This document shows positions 10,637 to 20,552 of a stretch of 32,303 bases of DNA, in pieces (position 1 is the stretch's first letter; each line of letters starts with the position of its first letter). The DNA lies in NCBI GenBank assembly GCA_041640635.1, contig JBEPZX010000014.1:1-32303 (forward strand), given 5' to 3'. The stretch is from Aquificaceae bacterium (lineage in GTDB: Bacteria; Aquificota; Aquificia; Aquificales; Aquificaceae). Both the position numbers and the translations under genes were made by a program. Below the pieces are notes generated by a model. It was not told the origin of the DNA and searched no databases. It worked only from the letters and a program-made list of their open reading frames with translations.

Positions 10637-12368
10637 ATTCTAAAAGTTTTCTCTTTTTATTGACAAATTCTCTTACACCTTCCAAATCCATAGTGTTTAA
10701 CACATATTTGCTGACAGCCCATCCACGCCTTGCAATACCAACACCAAGCTTCAAATAACTTAGGTGTGATGCAGCATGCGCATCCGTAACCACAGCTATA
10801 GTTACACCATTTTCCATACATAGTCTAATATTTTCTGGCGAAATGTCCGCTCTAAATGTATTTAGCTCAAGTGCTGTGCTGGTTTCTTTGGCAATCTGTA
10901 GTACTTTCTTAAAATCTAAAGGATAGCCTGCCCTGCTACCGTAAGCCTTTCCTGTAGGATGTCCTATAAGGTTAACGTAGGGATTTTCTAAGGCTTTGAG
11001 TATGCGGTAAGTGTTATCTTGGTTAAAGCGTGTATGAATAGAAGCTACAACAAAGTCAAACTCTCTAAGAATATCATTTGGTAAATCTAAAGAACCATCT
11101 GGAAGTATATCCACTTCACAACCCTTTAGTATATAAAAACCAAGTGGATTATACTGCTTGTTTAGCTTATCTATAAGTTTCCACTGTTGTGTATATCTTT
11201 TTACATCTAGACCATTTGCTACTTTAGAAGACTGGGAATGATCTCCAATTACTATATACTTAAGACCCATTTTGTATGCTGTTTCAACCATTTCTTCTAG
11301 ACTAGATAAACCATCACTCCAATTGGTATGCATATGAAAATCACCCTTTATCTCTTCGTAATCTACAAGCTTGGGTAATTGATGCTTTTGAGCAAGCTCT
11401 ATCTCTCCCAAATTTTCGCGAATTTCTGGTGGTGGAACTTGCATATCAATTAAGGTGTACACTTCTTCCTCCGTTGAACCACCTATCCATTTCTCAGTAT
11501 TAGCATCAAATACACCATATTCACTTATTTTTAGCCCCTTCTCTTTGGCTATGTCTCTAACTCTTATGTTATGCTCTTTTGAGCCGGTAAAGTACTGAAG
11601 TGCAGCACCCCATTGATGTGGTTCTACAGTTCTCAAATCCACTTGTTTGTTATTTTTTAGCAGTATACTGGATTTGGTTTCCCCCTTTAAAATTACCTCC
11701 AAAACACCCGAGTAATGAACAAAGTGTTCATGTATATCTTTCCAATTATGTTTTTCAGCACTGACAAGAATATCTATATCTCCTATCGTTTCTTTCCTTC
11801 TTCTTAGACTCCCAGCGAGTTCTATATTCAAAATTATCTTTAAAGCTTTCATGTGTCTAAGTATCTCTTCACCTAGTGTGTAAGCTTCTATCAATGTCAT
11901 CCTTTCCTTAGATTTTTCCCATATTTCTAGACCCCTAAGTATATTTTGAACCTTCTTTTCACCAAAACCTGGCAATGTGTTAATCATTCCGCTTCTTAGA
12001 GCTCTCAAAAAATCATCCTTTGTTCTAACTTTTAGTCTATCGTAGACGAGCCTCAAAGTCTTTGGTCCTATCCCAGGAACATCTAAAAGCTCTAAAAGAT
12101 CTTCTGGAACTTGCTTCTTTAGTTCTTCATACTTACTTATCTTCCCAGTTTTTATATACTCTACTATTTTTTCTAATGTGCTCTCTCCTATACCAGGTAT
12201 ATGATGTATTTTCCCTGTTCTTAGCAGATCATCTACATCTTCACTTAAATTTGAGAGTACTTCCGCTGATCTTCTATAGGCAGATATTCTATACGGATTA
12301 TCCCCTAAAAACTCTAAGATGTCTGCTATCTTTTCTAAAATTTTAGAAATCTCTTTATTTTTGCTCAT
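10635..12368 (-). CDS. polX: DNA polymerase X with C-terminal PHP domain
   Basis: AGSLRR, GDIDIL, VDLR, FTGSKEHN; PHP motifs HMHTNWSDG, GDHS, GHPTG, TDAH. Confidence 0.96.
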   Translation of the reverse strand: MSKNKEISKILEKIADILEFLGDNPYRISAYRRSAEVLSNLSEDVDDLLRTGKIHHIPGIGESTLEKIVEYIKTGKISKYEELKKQVPEDLLELLDVPGIGPKTLRLVYDRLKVRTKDDFLRALRSGMINTLPGFGEKKVQNILRGLEIWEKSKERMTLIEAYTLGEEILRHMKALKIILNIELAGSLRRRKETIGDIDILVSAEKHNWKDIHEHFVHYSGVLEVILKGETKSSILLKNNKQVDLRTVEPHQWGAALQYFTGSKEHNIRVRDIAKEKGLKISEYGVFDANTEKWIGGSTEEEVYTLIDMQVPPPEIRENLGEIELAQKHQLPKLVDYEEIKGDFHMHTNWSDGLSSLEEMVETAYKMGLKYIVIGDHSQSSKVANGLDVKRYTQQWKLIDKLNKQYNPLGFYILKGCEVDILPDGSLDLPNDILREFDFVVASIHTRFNQDNTYRILKALENPYVNLIGHPTGKAYGSRAGYPLDFKKVLQIAKETSTALELNTFRADISPENIRLCMENGVTIAVVTDAHAASHLSYLKLGVGIARRGWAVSKYVLNTMDLEGVREFVNKKRKLLE

Positions 12369-12377
12369 TTTATTGCT

Positions 12378-12468
12378 TGGCGGAGGGGGAGGGATTCGAA
12401 CCCCCGGTGGGCTGTTAACCCACTGGTGATTTCAAATCACCCGCCTTCGTCCACTCGGCCACCCCTCC
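12378..12468 (-). tRNA. tRNA-Ser(UGA)
   Basis: Reverse complement GGAGGGGTGGCCGAGTGG...GGTGA-TT-TGA-AA-TCACC, long variable arm, GGTTCGAATCC, encoded CCA. Confidence 0.97.
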
Positions 12469-12496
12469 TTATAATATAAGTATAATATTAATTCTT

Positions 12497-12778
12497 ATGA
12501 ACATAATGGATTTAATAAAGAATATTAAGAACTTTGAAGAGCTTTTAAGATCCGTAAAAGAAGAGTTAAGATTGAAAAAAGAAACGATACAAAAGGATAA
12601 CATATCTATCACTTTCAATGGTCTTGGTGAAATAATAGAAATAACACATCCACAGGATATGACACTTGATAGCGCAAAAAGCATACTAATTGAACTAATA
12701 AACCAGACCCAGGATATGGCGAGAGATAACATACTAAAAGAAATAAATAAAAGATTTGGAGGTTTGTTTGGCTTTTGA
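12497..12778 (+). CDS. YbaB/EbfC-like nucleoid-associated protein
   Basis: Helix-beta-helix pattern (ISITFNGLGEIIEI); directly upstream of recR. Confidence 0.75.
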   Translation: MNIMDLIKNIKNFEELLRSVKEELRLKKETIQKDNISITFNGLGEIIEITHPQDMTLDSAKSILIELINQTQDMARDNILKEINKRFGGLFGF

Positions 12779-13382
12779 GGATTTTTTTCCAGAAATACTG
12801 AAGAAAGCGTTGGAAAGTGTAACACAAATACCAACCTACGGCGAACGTGGAGCTGGTAGATTTATGTATAATTTGCTAAAACTCGAGTCAGAAAAAAGAA
12901 ACGATATCTTAAACACTTTGTTAAAAGCTTCAGAAAATCTTAAGAAGTGCTCCCTTTGTGGTCTTATATCTGATGGGGATCCATGCAGAATATGTAATAG
13001 TCCTATAAGAGATAAAAGAATGATCTGCGTAGTTGAGGAATCCCAAGATGCATATGCTATAGAAAGGATAGAAAAGTATAGCGGGCTTTATCACGTACTA
13101 AATGGGAGAATAGCCCCAATGGAAGGCGTTACTCCGCAGGAACTAAATATAGATTCACTAATTTCGAGAATAGAAAGTCTAAATGTAAGGGAAGTTATAT
13201 TAGCCACAAATCCCAACGCAGAGGGAGAAGCAACGGCTAATTACCTATTAAGATTGTTGAAAAAAAGGTTTCCCAAATTATCCATAAGCAGAGTTGCATA
13301 CGGAGCCCCATTTGGAGCTTTTCTAGAATTCTTGGATGATGTATCTATTGAACATTCACTAGAAAATAGGAAAAGGCCCTAA
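12768..13382 (+). CDS. recR: recombination mediator RecR
   Basis: C4 zinc finger CSLC...CRIC, ICVVE, TOPRIM EVILATNPNAEGEATA; likely TTG start at 12768 after SD GGAGG. Confidence 0.96.
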   Translation: MAFEDFFPEILKKALESVTQIPTYGERGAGRFMYNLLKLESEKRNDILNTLLKASENLKKCSLCGLISDGDPCRICNSPIRDKRMICVVEESQDAYAIERIEKYSGLYHVLNGRIAPMEGVTPQELNIDSLISRIESLNVREVILATNPNAEGEATANYLLRLLKKRFPKLSISRVAYGAPFGAFLEFLDDVSIEHSLENRKRP

Positions 13383-13390
13383 TTGGGCCT
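13374..13390. terminator. hairpin between convergent recR and DsrE-family gene
   Basis: AGGCCC-TAATT-GGGCCT, preceded by an A run (U tract on the minus strand). Confidence 0.6.
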
Positions 13391-13403
13391 GTGCTATTTG
13401 TAC

Positions 13404-13778
13404 TTACCAAGTTAAAACCTTTCCTGCCATCCCCAAGGTAGGAAGTGCTGCCGTTGGTGTTAAGAAAGGAATGTTATAACCTATCTCCTCTTGGCTTATA
13501 CCATTAAGATCTAAAGATTGCAAGCATCCTACAAGTTGCACACCATTATCCATTGCAAGTTTCATAAAATCTGCTATGCTCTTCCCTCCTTCTATAGGGT
13601 ATAGATTTTCAGCTACACCCTTCTTCAAAAGCATAGTGGCAGGACCTGTAAAGTAGATAACAACATTCATGTCTTCAGCCGCTGCCGTTGCTGCTAAGAA
13701 AAAGGCTGAAGGGAGCCTCTTTGGATTCTCTGGACCAGTCAATAGAATTATTACTAGATCTGGTGCCTTTTGTTCCAT
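13404..13778 (-). CDS. DsrE/DsrF-like family protein
   Basis: AFFLAATAAA, VVIYFTGPAT.LLKKG, GVQLVGC with conserved Cys; SD GGAGG. Confidence 0.8.
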   Translation of the reverse strand: MEQKAPDLVIILLTGPENPKRLPSAFFLAATAAAEDMNVVIYFTGPATMLLKKGVAENLYPIEGGKSIADFMKLAMDNGVQLVGCLQSLDLNGISQEEIGYNIPFLTPTAALPTLGMAGKVLTW

Positions 13779-13926
13779 GACAAAACCTCCATAAGTTTAT
13801 AATTATATTATAAAAACCTTATCACACCTCAATTTATAAATCACTCTTATACAGATATAAGAATTACTTAATATTTTAAAGGCTGGTTTAAAAGATACTA
13901 TAATTAACTACAAGGGAGGAATTTAT

Positions 13927-14352
13927 ATGATAGATGGAGATGTTTTATTACTAGCATTGGTAAATATGGCCAGTGGCGTTAAAACATTAATAGGAGACAG
14001 GGGAGCAAAAGCTGTTATGCGTGATGCTGGTAGGCACGCAGGTCATAAACTCCTGGAAAGTTTAATAGGACACTTTCCAGAAGTTTTGTCCAAAGAGGAA
14101 GCAATAGTAAGAACTTGCAACATTCTAGAAGACCTCGGTTTTGCCCAATCCATGATTGTTAAAGAAAATAAAATTGATATCACAGAAGATGCTTTTACAG
14201 ATGCAATAGAAGATGAAGATCTTAATAACTCACCTATTGTTTACTTTCTCGCTGGCTTAATAGAAGGGTTTGTTGCGTTTATGAGTAACGATAAAGTAAT
14301 ACTAATCCCTCAGAATGTACAAAAGGGAAGAATTGTTTATAATTTCAATTAA
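13927..14352 (+). CDS. hypothetical protein, V4R/4-vinyl-reductase-like fold suspected
   Basis: GAKAVMRDAGRHAG...LEDLGF...FLAGLIEGF pattern; strong SD. Confidence 0.5.
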   Translation: MIDGDVLLLALVNMASGVKTLIGDRGAKAVMRDAGRHAGHKLLESLIGHFPEVLSKEEAIVRTCNILEDLGFAQSMIVKENKIDITEDAFTDAIEDEDLNNSPIVYFLAGLIEGFVAFMSNDKVILIPQNVQKGRIVYNFN

Positions 14353-14750
14353 TGGAGCAAAAAAAAGTAAAGCTACAGTGGATATCTAACAATGACTACA
14401 TAGCTACTACATCATACGGAAGCCTGCAAGTAGGGGAATCTTATCACAGACCTATGGAACTGCTGCTTATAGCTCTTGGTGGCTGTATGGGAGTTGATAT
14501 ATCTACAATTCTTAGAAAAAAAAGACAAGATATAAAAGATATAAACATAGAGGTCCTTGGTGAACGAAAAGAAGATTTTCCAAGAGTTTATGAGAATATA
14601 AAAATAGTATGCCATGTAAAAGGTAACAACTTAAATAAAAAGGCAGTAGAAGATACTGTAAATTTATCCATAAGTAAATATTGCAGTGTTTACGCTATGC
14701 TTAGCAAAGCAAGTAATATAGAGGTGGAAATAAAGATATGGGAAGGTTAA
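14352..14750 (+). CDS. OsmC/YhfA family protein
   Basis: RPMELLLIALGGC and SISKYCSV two-Cys signature. Confidence 0.92.
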   Translation: MEQKKVKLQWISNNDYIATTSYGSLQVGESYHRPMELLLIALGGCMGVDISTILRKKRQDIKDINIEVLGERKEDFPRVYENIKIVCHVKGNNLNKKAVEDTVNLSISKYCSVYAMLSKASNIEVEIKIWEG

Positions 14751-15523
14751 AAGATAAATTTGAAGAGATAAAAGCCAAAGATCAAAAAGCACTAGTATCT
14801 TATATGATGGTAGGTTATCCTGACTTAGAAACTTCCTTGGACGTTTTCAAAGTCCTTTTAGAAAATGGCACAGACATTTTAGAAATAGGTTTTCCTTTTT
14901 CGGACCCAGTTGCCGACGGTCCTGTTATACAACAAGCTCACGAAGTAGCACTAAAAAATGGTATAAAATCAAAAGACGTCTTTGAACTATCTATGACTTT
15001 GCGCAAAAAATTTCCAAATACGCCTTTCCTTTTGATGACATACTATAACCCCATATTCAAAATAGGAATAGAAAAATTTTGTCATAAAGCCGCGGAAAGC
15101 GGTATAGATGGTTTTATAGTTCCAGATCTCCCACCAGAAGAAGCCTCAACTTTAAAGGAAAGCGCCAAAAAGTACGGTTTATCTTTGGTCTTTTTGGCTT
15201 CACCTACCAGCACAGAAAGAAGGATAAAACTAATATGCGAGAACAGTGATCACATGGTTTACTTTGTTTCTATAACAGGTACCACAGGTGAAAGGGAGAA
15301 ATTACCAATTGAAAGATTAAGTAAAGACTTAGTAAGATACAGGAATGTGTGTGATAAAAATGTTGTAGTTGGTTTTGGAGTATCCAAATATGAACAAGCT
15401 AAACAAATAACCGAGATAGCCAATGGTATAGTAGTAGGTAGCGCTTTTGTAAAACTTGCGGGTAACAAAGACCTGAAAGGAATAAGCGAAAAGGTAAAGG
15501 AGTTAAAGTTAGCGTTAATGTAA
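14738..15523 (+). CDS. trpA: tryptophan synthase alpha subunit
   Basis: EIGFPFSDPVADGPVIQ, MTYYNP, VPDLPPEE, GTTG, VGFGV, IVVGSA. Confidence 0.98.
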   Translation: MGRLKDKFEEIKAKDQKALVSYMMVGYPDLETSLDVFKVLLENGTDILEIGFPFSDPVADGPVIQQAHEVALKNGIKSKDVFELSMTLRKKFPNTPFLLMTYYNPIFKIGIEKFCHKAAESGIDGFIVPDLPPEEASTLKESAKKYGLSLVFLASPTSTERRIKLICENSDHMVYFVSITGTTGEREKLPIERLSKDLVRYRNVCDKNVVVGFGVSKYEQAKQITEIANGIVVGSAFVKLAGNKDLKGISEKVKELKLALM

Positions 15524-15584
15524 AGGGATTTATTTGATAAATAAAAGCATTGAAATAAACGCTTCTTAGTAGAAGATATTACTT

Positions 15585-17603
15585 ATGAGAGCTGTTTTTA
15601 AAGTAGGTGGTATGACATGTGTAAACTGTGCTAAAGCCATAGAAATAAACCTAAGGAGATTAAAGGGAATAGAAGATGTCAAAGTTTCGTTTGAATTAGG
15701 TAGGCTGGATGTAACCTTTAACGAAAAACTCTTGGATACTCAAGACATAAAAAAAGTGGTAGAATCTCTTGGGTATAAAGTAATAGAAGGAAAGGAAGAA
15801 AGATCAAAGGAAGTTTACATATTAGTTTCTTGTATCTTGGCAAGCATCCTTTTGATGATACTTATGTTTGTGCATGAAACTTGGAGTCTTTACGTTCAAT
15901 TGGTATTATCTTCTTTAGTTCAATTAATTGGCGGATATAGGTTTTACAAATCCGCTTTGCACTCACTAAGGTCTGGTATAGGAAATATGGATGTTCTAAT
16001 TGCCTTAGGCAGCACTTCAGCTTACTTATATAGCTTTCTTACATTACTTGGAGTACTACCAGGTCAGCCTTTTTTTGAAACTTCAGCTTTACTTATAACT
16101 TTTGTAAGGTTGGGAAAGTTTATAGAAGAAAGCATAAAGGATAAAGCTCTAGGTATGCTAAAGGGTCTATTTCTCTTGCAAACAGGAAAAGTTAAAGTTT
16201 TAAAAGAAAATAAAGAGGAAGAAAAACAGATTATGAACCTTTTCAAAGGAGAAACAATTGTTTTAAAAACGGGTGACGTAGTACCTGTAGACTGTAAAAT
16301 ACTGGAAGGAAACTTGGAATTAGATGAGTCACTAATAACGGGTGAAAGCTTACCAGTTATAAAAGGGGCCAGTGATCAAATACTTTCTGGAAGCATGGTT
16401 GTTAGCGGTTTTGCAAAAGCAAAAGTAGAAAAAACTTTCAGCGGTAGTTATGTATCAGCAGTTATAAGTATGATAGATACAGCCTTAAAAGAAAAACCAT
16501 CAATACAGAGAATAGCTGATAGATTTTCCCATTACTTTGTTCAGTTTGTTGTAGGACTGGCAGTTTTGGTATTCATTTTTTGGTACTTGACAACCTATGA
16601 CTTACAAAAAAGCGTAAATTTTGCTCTCTCTGTCTTGGTGGTTTCATGCCCGTGTGCCTTTGGAATAGCTGTACCTTTAGCTGTAGCTGTAAGTCTAACA
16701 AAGGCTTATAAAAAAGGAATCATCGTTAAAAATCCAGCTGCATTGGAAAAGCTTTTACAAATAAACTTGGTTCTTATAGATAAAACAGGAACTTTAACTG
16801 AAGGAAAACCTAAAGTAATCGATACCAAAATATATTCAGAAGAAGCACTAAGCATAGCATACACTTTAGCATCAAAATCTAACCATCCTTACTCTAAAGC
16901 CATCAAGGAGTATTGCGAAAAGCTGGCAACATGCAAAGCACTGGAATTTAGCAGTTGCAAAGAGGTGGCTGGTGTAGGCGTAATGTGTGAAGATTACCTT
17001 TTAGGTAGGTCTAAAGAAGGAAATCCTGCTCTGATGCAAAAAGACAAGGTATTGGTAGAATTTGTTATAGAGGATAGAATAAGGAAAGAATCGTATCAGG
17101 TGATAAGTTTTTTAAAGGATAAAAATATAAAGCTAGTAATGCTTACTGGTGATTCTTTAGAAAAAGCTTCACATGTAGCAAAAGCTTTAAACATAGAAGA
17201 ATTTATAGCAGAGGTGAAGCCAGAGGATAAACTAGGTATTGTTAAACATTATCAGGAAAAGGGGTACAAGGTTTGTATGATAGGAGACGGTATAAACGAT
17301 GCTCCTGCAATGGCTCAAGCTCATGTATCTATAGCAATGTCAGAAGGAACGGATATAGCTAAAAAAGTTGGTGATATAGTTTTACCCAACATAGGACTTT
17401 TAAAGGATGCATTTATTACTGCTGAAAAATCTATAAAAAGAGTAAAACAAAATATATTTTGGGCCTTTTTATATAACACTGTTAGTATACCTGTTGCTGC
17501 TGGTGGGCTGTTGAGGTATGGACTTTCTTTGACACCTGAGTTAGCAGGACTTATGATGGTATTGTCATCTTTGAGTGTTGTTATAAATTCTGTTAGAAAA
17601 TAG
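15585..17603 (+). CDS. Cu(I)-translocating P1B-type ATPase (CopA-like)
   Basis: HMA motif GMTCVNC, TGES, CPC, DKTGT, GDGINDAP, YN and MxxSS transmembrane ligands. Confidence 0.92.
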   Translation: MRAVFKVGGMTCVNCAKAIEINLRRLKGIEDVKVSFELGRLDVTFNEKLLDTQDIKKVVESLGYKVIEGKEERSKEVYILVSCILASILLMILMFVHETWSLYVQLVLSSLVQLIGGYRFYKSALHSLRSGIGNMDVLIALGSTSAYLYSFLTLLGVLPGQPFFETSALLITFVRLGKFIEESIKDKALGMLKGLFLLQTGKVKVLKENKEEEKQIMNLFKGETIVLKTGDVVPVDCKILEGNLELDESLITGESLPVIKGASDQILSGSMVVSGFAKAKVEKTFSGSYVSAVISMIDTALKEKPSIQRIADRFSHYFVQFVVGLAVLVFIFWYLTTYDLQKSVNFALSVLVVSCPCAFGIAVPLAVAVSLTKAYKKGIIVKNPAALEKLLQINLVLIDKTGTLTEGKPKVIDTKIYSEEALSIAYTLASKSNHPYSKAIKEYCEKLATCKALEFSSCKEVAGVGVMCEDYLLGRSKEGNPALMQKDKVLVEFVIEDRIRKESYQVISFLKDKNIKLVMLTGDSLEKASHVAKALNIEEFIAEVKPEDKLGIVKHYQEKGYKVCMIGDGINDAPAMAQAHVSIAMSEGTDIAKKVGDIVLPNIGLLKDAFITAEKSIKRVKQNIFWAFLYNTVSIPVAAGGLLRYGLSLTPELAGLMMVLSSLSVVINSVRK

Positions 17604-17641
17604 AAAAATTTATGTTATAATAGACAGGATGGAGGAAAAAA

Positions 17642-17881
17642 ATGGCGCTTAGGATAAGGCTTGCGAGATTCGGAAGGAGACATCACCCAATATACAGAAT
17701 AGTAGTAATGGATTCTAAATCGCCAAGAGAAGGAAAATATATAGATATACTTGGAACATACGATCCAATTAATAAAAAATTCCTTGATATAAAGCCTGAA
17801 AAGGTAAAAGACTGGATTTCTAAAGGAGCGGAAGCAACTGATAGAGTGCAAAGCTTACTAAAATTATCAAAAATACTCTAA
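17642..17881 (+). CDS. rpsP: 30S ribosomal protein S16
   Basis: IRLARFGRRHHPIYRIVVMDS...LGTYDP. Confidence 0.98.
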   Translation: MALRIRLARFGRRHHPIYRIVVMDSKSPREGKYIDILGTYDPINKKFLDIKPEKVKDWISKGAEATDRVQSLLKLSKIL

Positions 17882-17895
17882 AAGGAGGTAACGTT

Positions 17896-18135
17896 ATGAG
17901 CCAACTCAGAGACATAGTTGAAATTACTGCAAAATCTCTAGTCGACAGCCCAGAAAGGGTTAATGTAGTAGAAATCGAAGGGGAAAAAACTGTAGTTATT
18001 GAACTTAGAGTTGATCCCAAGGACTTGGGGAAAGTAATAGGGAAGCAGGGGAGAATAGCAAGGGCATTAAGAACTATACTTTCTTCTATGGGAAGAAAGA
18101 TAAACAAAAGGGTTGTTTTGGAAGTTTTAGAATGA
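17896..18135 (+). CDS. khpA: KH-domain RNA-binding protein KhpA
   Basis: DLGKVIGKQGRIARALR; usual position downstream of rpsP. Confidence 0.95.
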   Translation: MSQLRDIVEITAKSLVDSPERVNVVEIEGEKTVVIELRVDPKDLGKVIGKQGRIARALRTILSSMGRKINKRVVLEVLE

Positions 18136-18148
18136 TCCAGCTATATAT

Positions 18149-18173
18149 ACCTTCCCAAGTGGGAAGGTGTTTT
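18149..18173 (+). terminator. intrinsic terminator after rpsP-khpA
   Basis: ACCTTCCC-AAGT-GGGAAGGT followed by GTTTT. Confidence 0.8.
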
Positions 18174-18225
18174 ATAAACTTAGTGCTTAAGAATAATAAA
18201 ATAAAGTTTATAATTTTAAATTAAT

Positions 18226-19017
18226 ATGACAAAAGTTTATGTAGTAACTTCTGGTAAAGGTGGGGTAGGTAAAACGACGGTAGTAGCCAATATATCCGTT
18301 GCTCTAGCTAAATTTGGGAAAAGAGTTCTCGTGGCAGATGCAGACATAGGGCTTAGAAACCTGGATATGATTCTTGGTTTAGAAAATCGTATAGTCTACG
18401 ATGTATTGGACGTCTTGGAAGATAGGGTACCCTTCCACAAGGCTTTGGTTAAAGACAAGAGAGGGCTTCCTCTATGGCTATTACCTGCAAACCAGACTAA
18501 GAACAAAGATGCAATAGATAAAGATAAATGGGATAAATTGATGACGGAGATAAAAGAAGCTAACGAGTATGATTATATATTTATAGACTCCCCTGCAGGA
18601 ATAGAAAAAGGTTTTCAGATAGCTGTATCCCCTGCTGATGCTGCGCTGGTAGTTGTAAATCCGGAAGTCTCATCTATAAGAGATGCAGATAGGATAATAG
18701 GATTCCTTGAAAATAGGAAATGTGACGATATATCCCTAATAGTCAATAGGATAAGATGGGATAGTGTAAAAAAAGGTGAAATGCTTTCTGTAGAGGATAT
18801 AACAGATATATTGAAGGTTCCTTTAATTGGGGTTATTCCAGAAGAACCAAAGCTTGTTGATTTTACTAACAGAGGTGAACCTATTGTTTTAAATGAAAAT
18901 TACAACGCATCTAAAGCTATAATAGATATAGCAAGGCGTATAATTGGGGAGGATGTGCCTATAATTAATTATGGAAAGAAAAAGGGATTGTTAGAAAGAA
19001 TCTTTGGGGGTGAGTAA
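18226..19017 (+). CDS. minD: septum site-determining ATPase MinD
   Basis: KGGVGKTT, DIGLRNLD, DSPAGIE, SSIRDADRIIG, C-terminal membrane-targeting GLLERIFG. Confidence 0.98.
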   Translation: MTKVYVVTSGKGGVGKTTVVANISVALAKFGKRVLVADADIGLRNLDMILGLENRIVYDVLDVLEDRVPFHKALVKDKRGLPLWLLPANQTKNKDAIDKDKWDKLMTEIKEANEYDYIFIDSPAGIEKGFQIAVSPADAALVVVNPEVSSIRDADRIIGFLENRKCDDISLIVNRIRWDSVKKGEMLSVEDITDILKVPLIGVIPEEPKLVDFTNRGEPIVLNENYNASKAIIDIARRIIGEDVPIINYGKKKGLLERIFGGE

Positions 19018-19020
19018 ATA

Positions 19021-19263
19021 TTGCTTGATTTGTTTAATTTTAGGAGAAACAAAAGCAAGAATGAAGCTAAACAAAGATTAACTATGATACTTGCCTACGA
19101 AAGGAAAGGTTTGCCTCCTAACTTTGCTGAAAAGTTAAAAGATGATCTTATATCCGTCTTTTCAAAATATTCTCAATTTGATGTAAGAAAGATAGAAGTT
19201 AATGTAAAACGGGATGAGTCATCCTTTGATGAACTTTGGATCAGCATACCATTCAAAGAGTAA
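19021..19263 (+). CDS. minE: cell division topological specificity factor MinE
   Basis: SKNEAKQRLTMILAYER; TTG start immediately after minD. Confidence 0.92.
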   Translation: MLDLFNFRRNKSKNEAKQRLTMILAYERKGLPPNFAEKLKDDLISVFSKYSQFDVRKIEVNVKRDESSFDELWISIPFKE

Positions 19264-20059
19264 AGTAGCATTCCTTATAGACCTAGATGGTGTCCTTGTC
19301 AAGGATAAAAAGTTAAATTTATTCGAAGACACGGAGAAATTTCTTAACTTCTTGAGAATAGAAAAAGTACCGTTTAGGATACTTTCCAATAATTCTACTA
19401 GAGCACCAAAAAGCATAGTAGAGGATTTAAAAACTAAAGGGCTTGATATAAAAGATGAAGAATTTATTTCACCACTTAAAATGCTTCCTGATTACCTAAG
19501 GTCTATAGGTATAAAAAAATGTTTGGTAATAGGCACACCCATGCTAAAGGAATTCCTAAAAGAGTGGGGATTTGAAATTTTAAACTCTTATAGAGTCGAT
19601 GCTGTAATAATTGGTCAAGATAAGGAGCTAAACTTTGAGAAGCTAAAACTTGCTGTATCGGCAGTTTACTTAAATGGTTCAAAAATAATCCCTGTTAACT
19701 TAAGTAGAATAGTAAAAGACGATGATGGACTGTACTTTTTGGGATCAGGATCTATTGCCCTGAGTATAGCTCATGCATGTAACTACAAAGAAGACATCCC
19801 CAATTTGGGTAAACCCTCGAGCGAATTTATAGAGTATGCATTAAAGGATATGCCAAAAGACGAAGTTTATATAGTGAGTGATGATATTTATACTGACCTT
19901 CTTGGAGCGAGCAAGTTAGGACTAAAGACCATCTTTTTAACTACCGGCAAATACTCTGCAAGAGAAATTGAAAAAAGTGGATTTAATCCAGATTATACCT
20001 TTCATAGTCTGACACAGCTAATTGATTTTATATCGGAGGTTATGAAAAATAAAGTTTAA
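19214..20059 (+). CDS. HAD-IIA family hydrolase (NagD-like); exact start uncertain
   Basis: DLDGVL, SNNS, GKPS, SDDIYTD, TGKY. Confidence 0.92.
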   Translation: MSHPLMNFGSAYHSKSKVAFLIDLDGVLVKDKKLNLFEDTEKFLNFLRIEKVPFRILSNNSTRAPKSIVEDLKTKGLDIKDEEFISPLKMLPDYLRSIGIKKCLVIGTPMLKEFLKEWGFEILNSYRVDAVIIGQDKELNFEKLKLAVSAVYLNGSKIIPVNLSRIVKDDDGLYFLGSGSIALSIAHACNYKEDIPNLGKPSSEFIEYALKDMPKDEVYIVSDDIYTDLLGASKLGLKTIFLTTGKYSAREIEKSGFNPDYTFHSLTQLIDFISEVMKNKV

Positions 20060-20129
20060 AAAATTCCCTACAATGAAAATGCAAAATTCTTAATAATTGC
20101 TCTTTTAAATTATTCCTATTCTTGGCTTT

Positions 20130-20549
20130 TTAAGTTGAAAGACTTTTGATTCTTTCCTCCTTGCCTATTATCTCAGTAATCCTCACACCAAATTTGTCAC
20201 CTACTATAACCATCTCGCCTTTAGCTATAAGCTTACCGTTCACTAGTATGTCTACTGGATCCTCTATTCCTCTATCCAACTCTACAACGGATCCTGGACC
20301 AAGTTGTATAAGATTGCCCAAAGGTAACACGGTAGAGCCAATAATCACTTCTATATTAAGTGGTATATCTAAAAGACGTTGAATTTCTTTTGAGATATCT
20401 TGTGTTTGATAAACTGGTTGTTCCTGGGTTTCTACCTCTTCTTCTTTTTTTTCTGACTTTAAGGCTTCTTCCTGCTCTTTTAATGCCTCAGCCCATATAT
20501 CCATTAAATTTTCTTGTGTAACATCCTGCTCTTGCTTTTTTTCTTCCAT
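20130..20549 (-). CDS. fliN: flagellar motor switch protein FliN
   Basis: DIWAEAL, LLDIPL, GSVVELDR, VNGKLIAKGE, FGVRITEI. Confidence 0.96.
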   Translation of the reverse strand: MEEKKQEQDVTQENLMDIWAEALKEQEEALKSEKKEEEVETQEQPVYQTQDISKEIQRLLDIPLNIEVIIGSTVLPLGNLIQLGPGSVVELDRGIEDPVDILVNGKLIAKGEMVIVGDKFGVRITEIIGKEERIKSLST

Positions 20550-20552
20550 AGC

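Noticed and set aside
12378..12468. Possible tRNA-Sec, since TCA appears on the + strand and the variable arm is long
   Set aside because: The gene is on the minus strand; the anticodon is TGA with a normal 7-bp acceptor stem, so it is tRNA-Ser.
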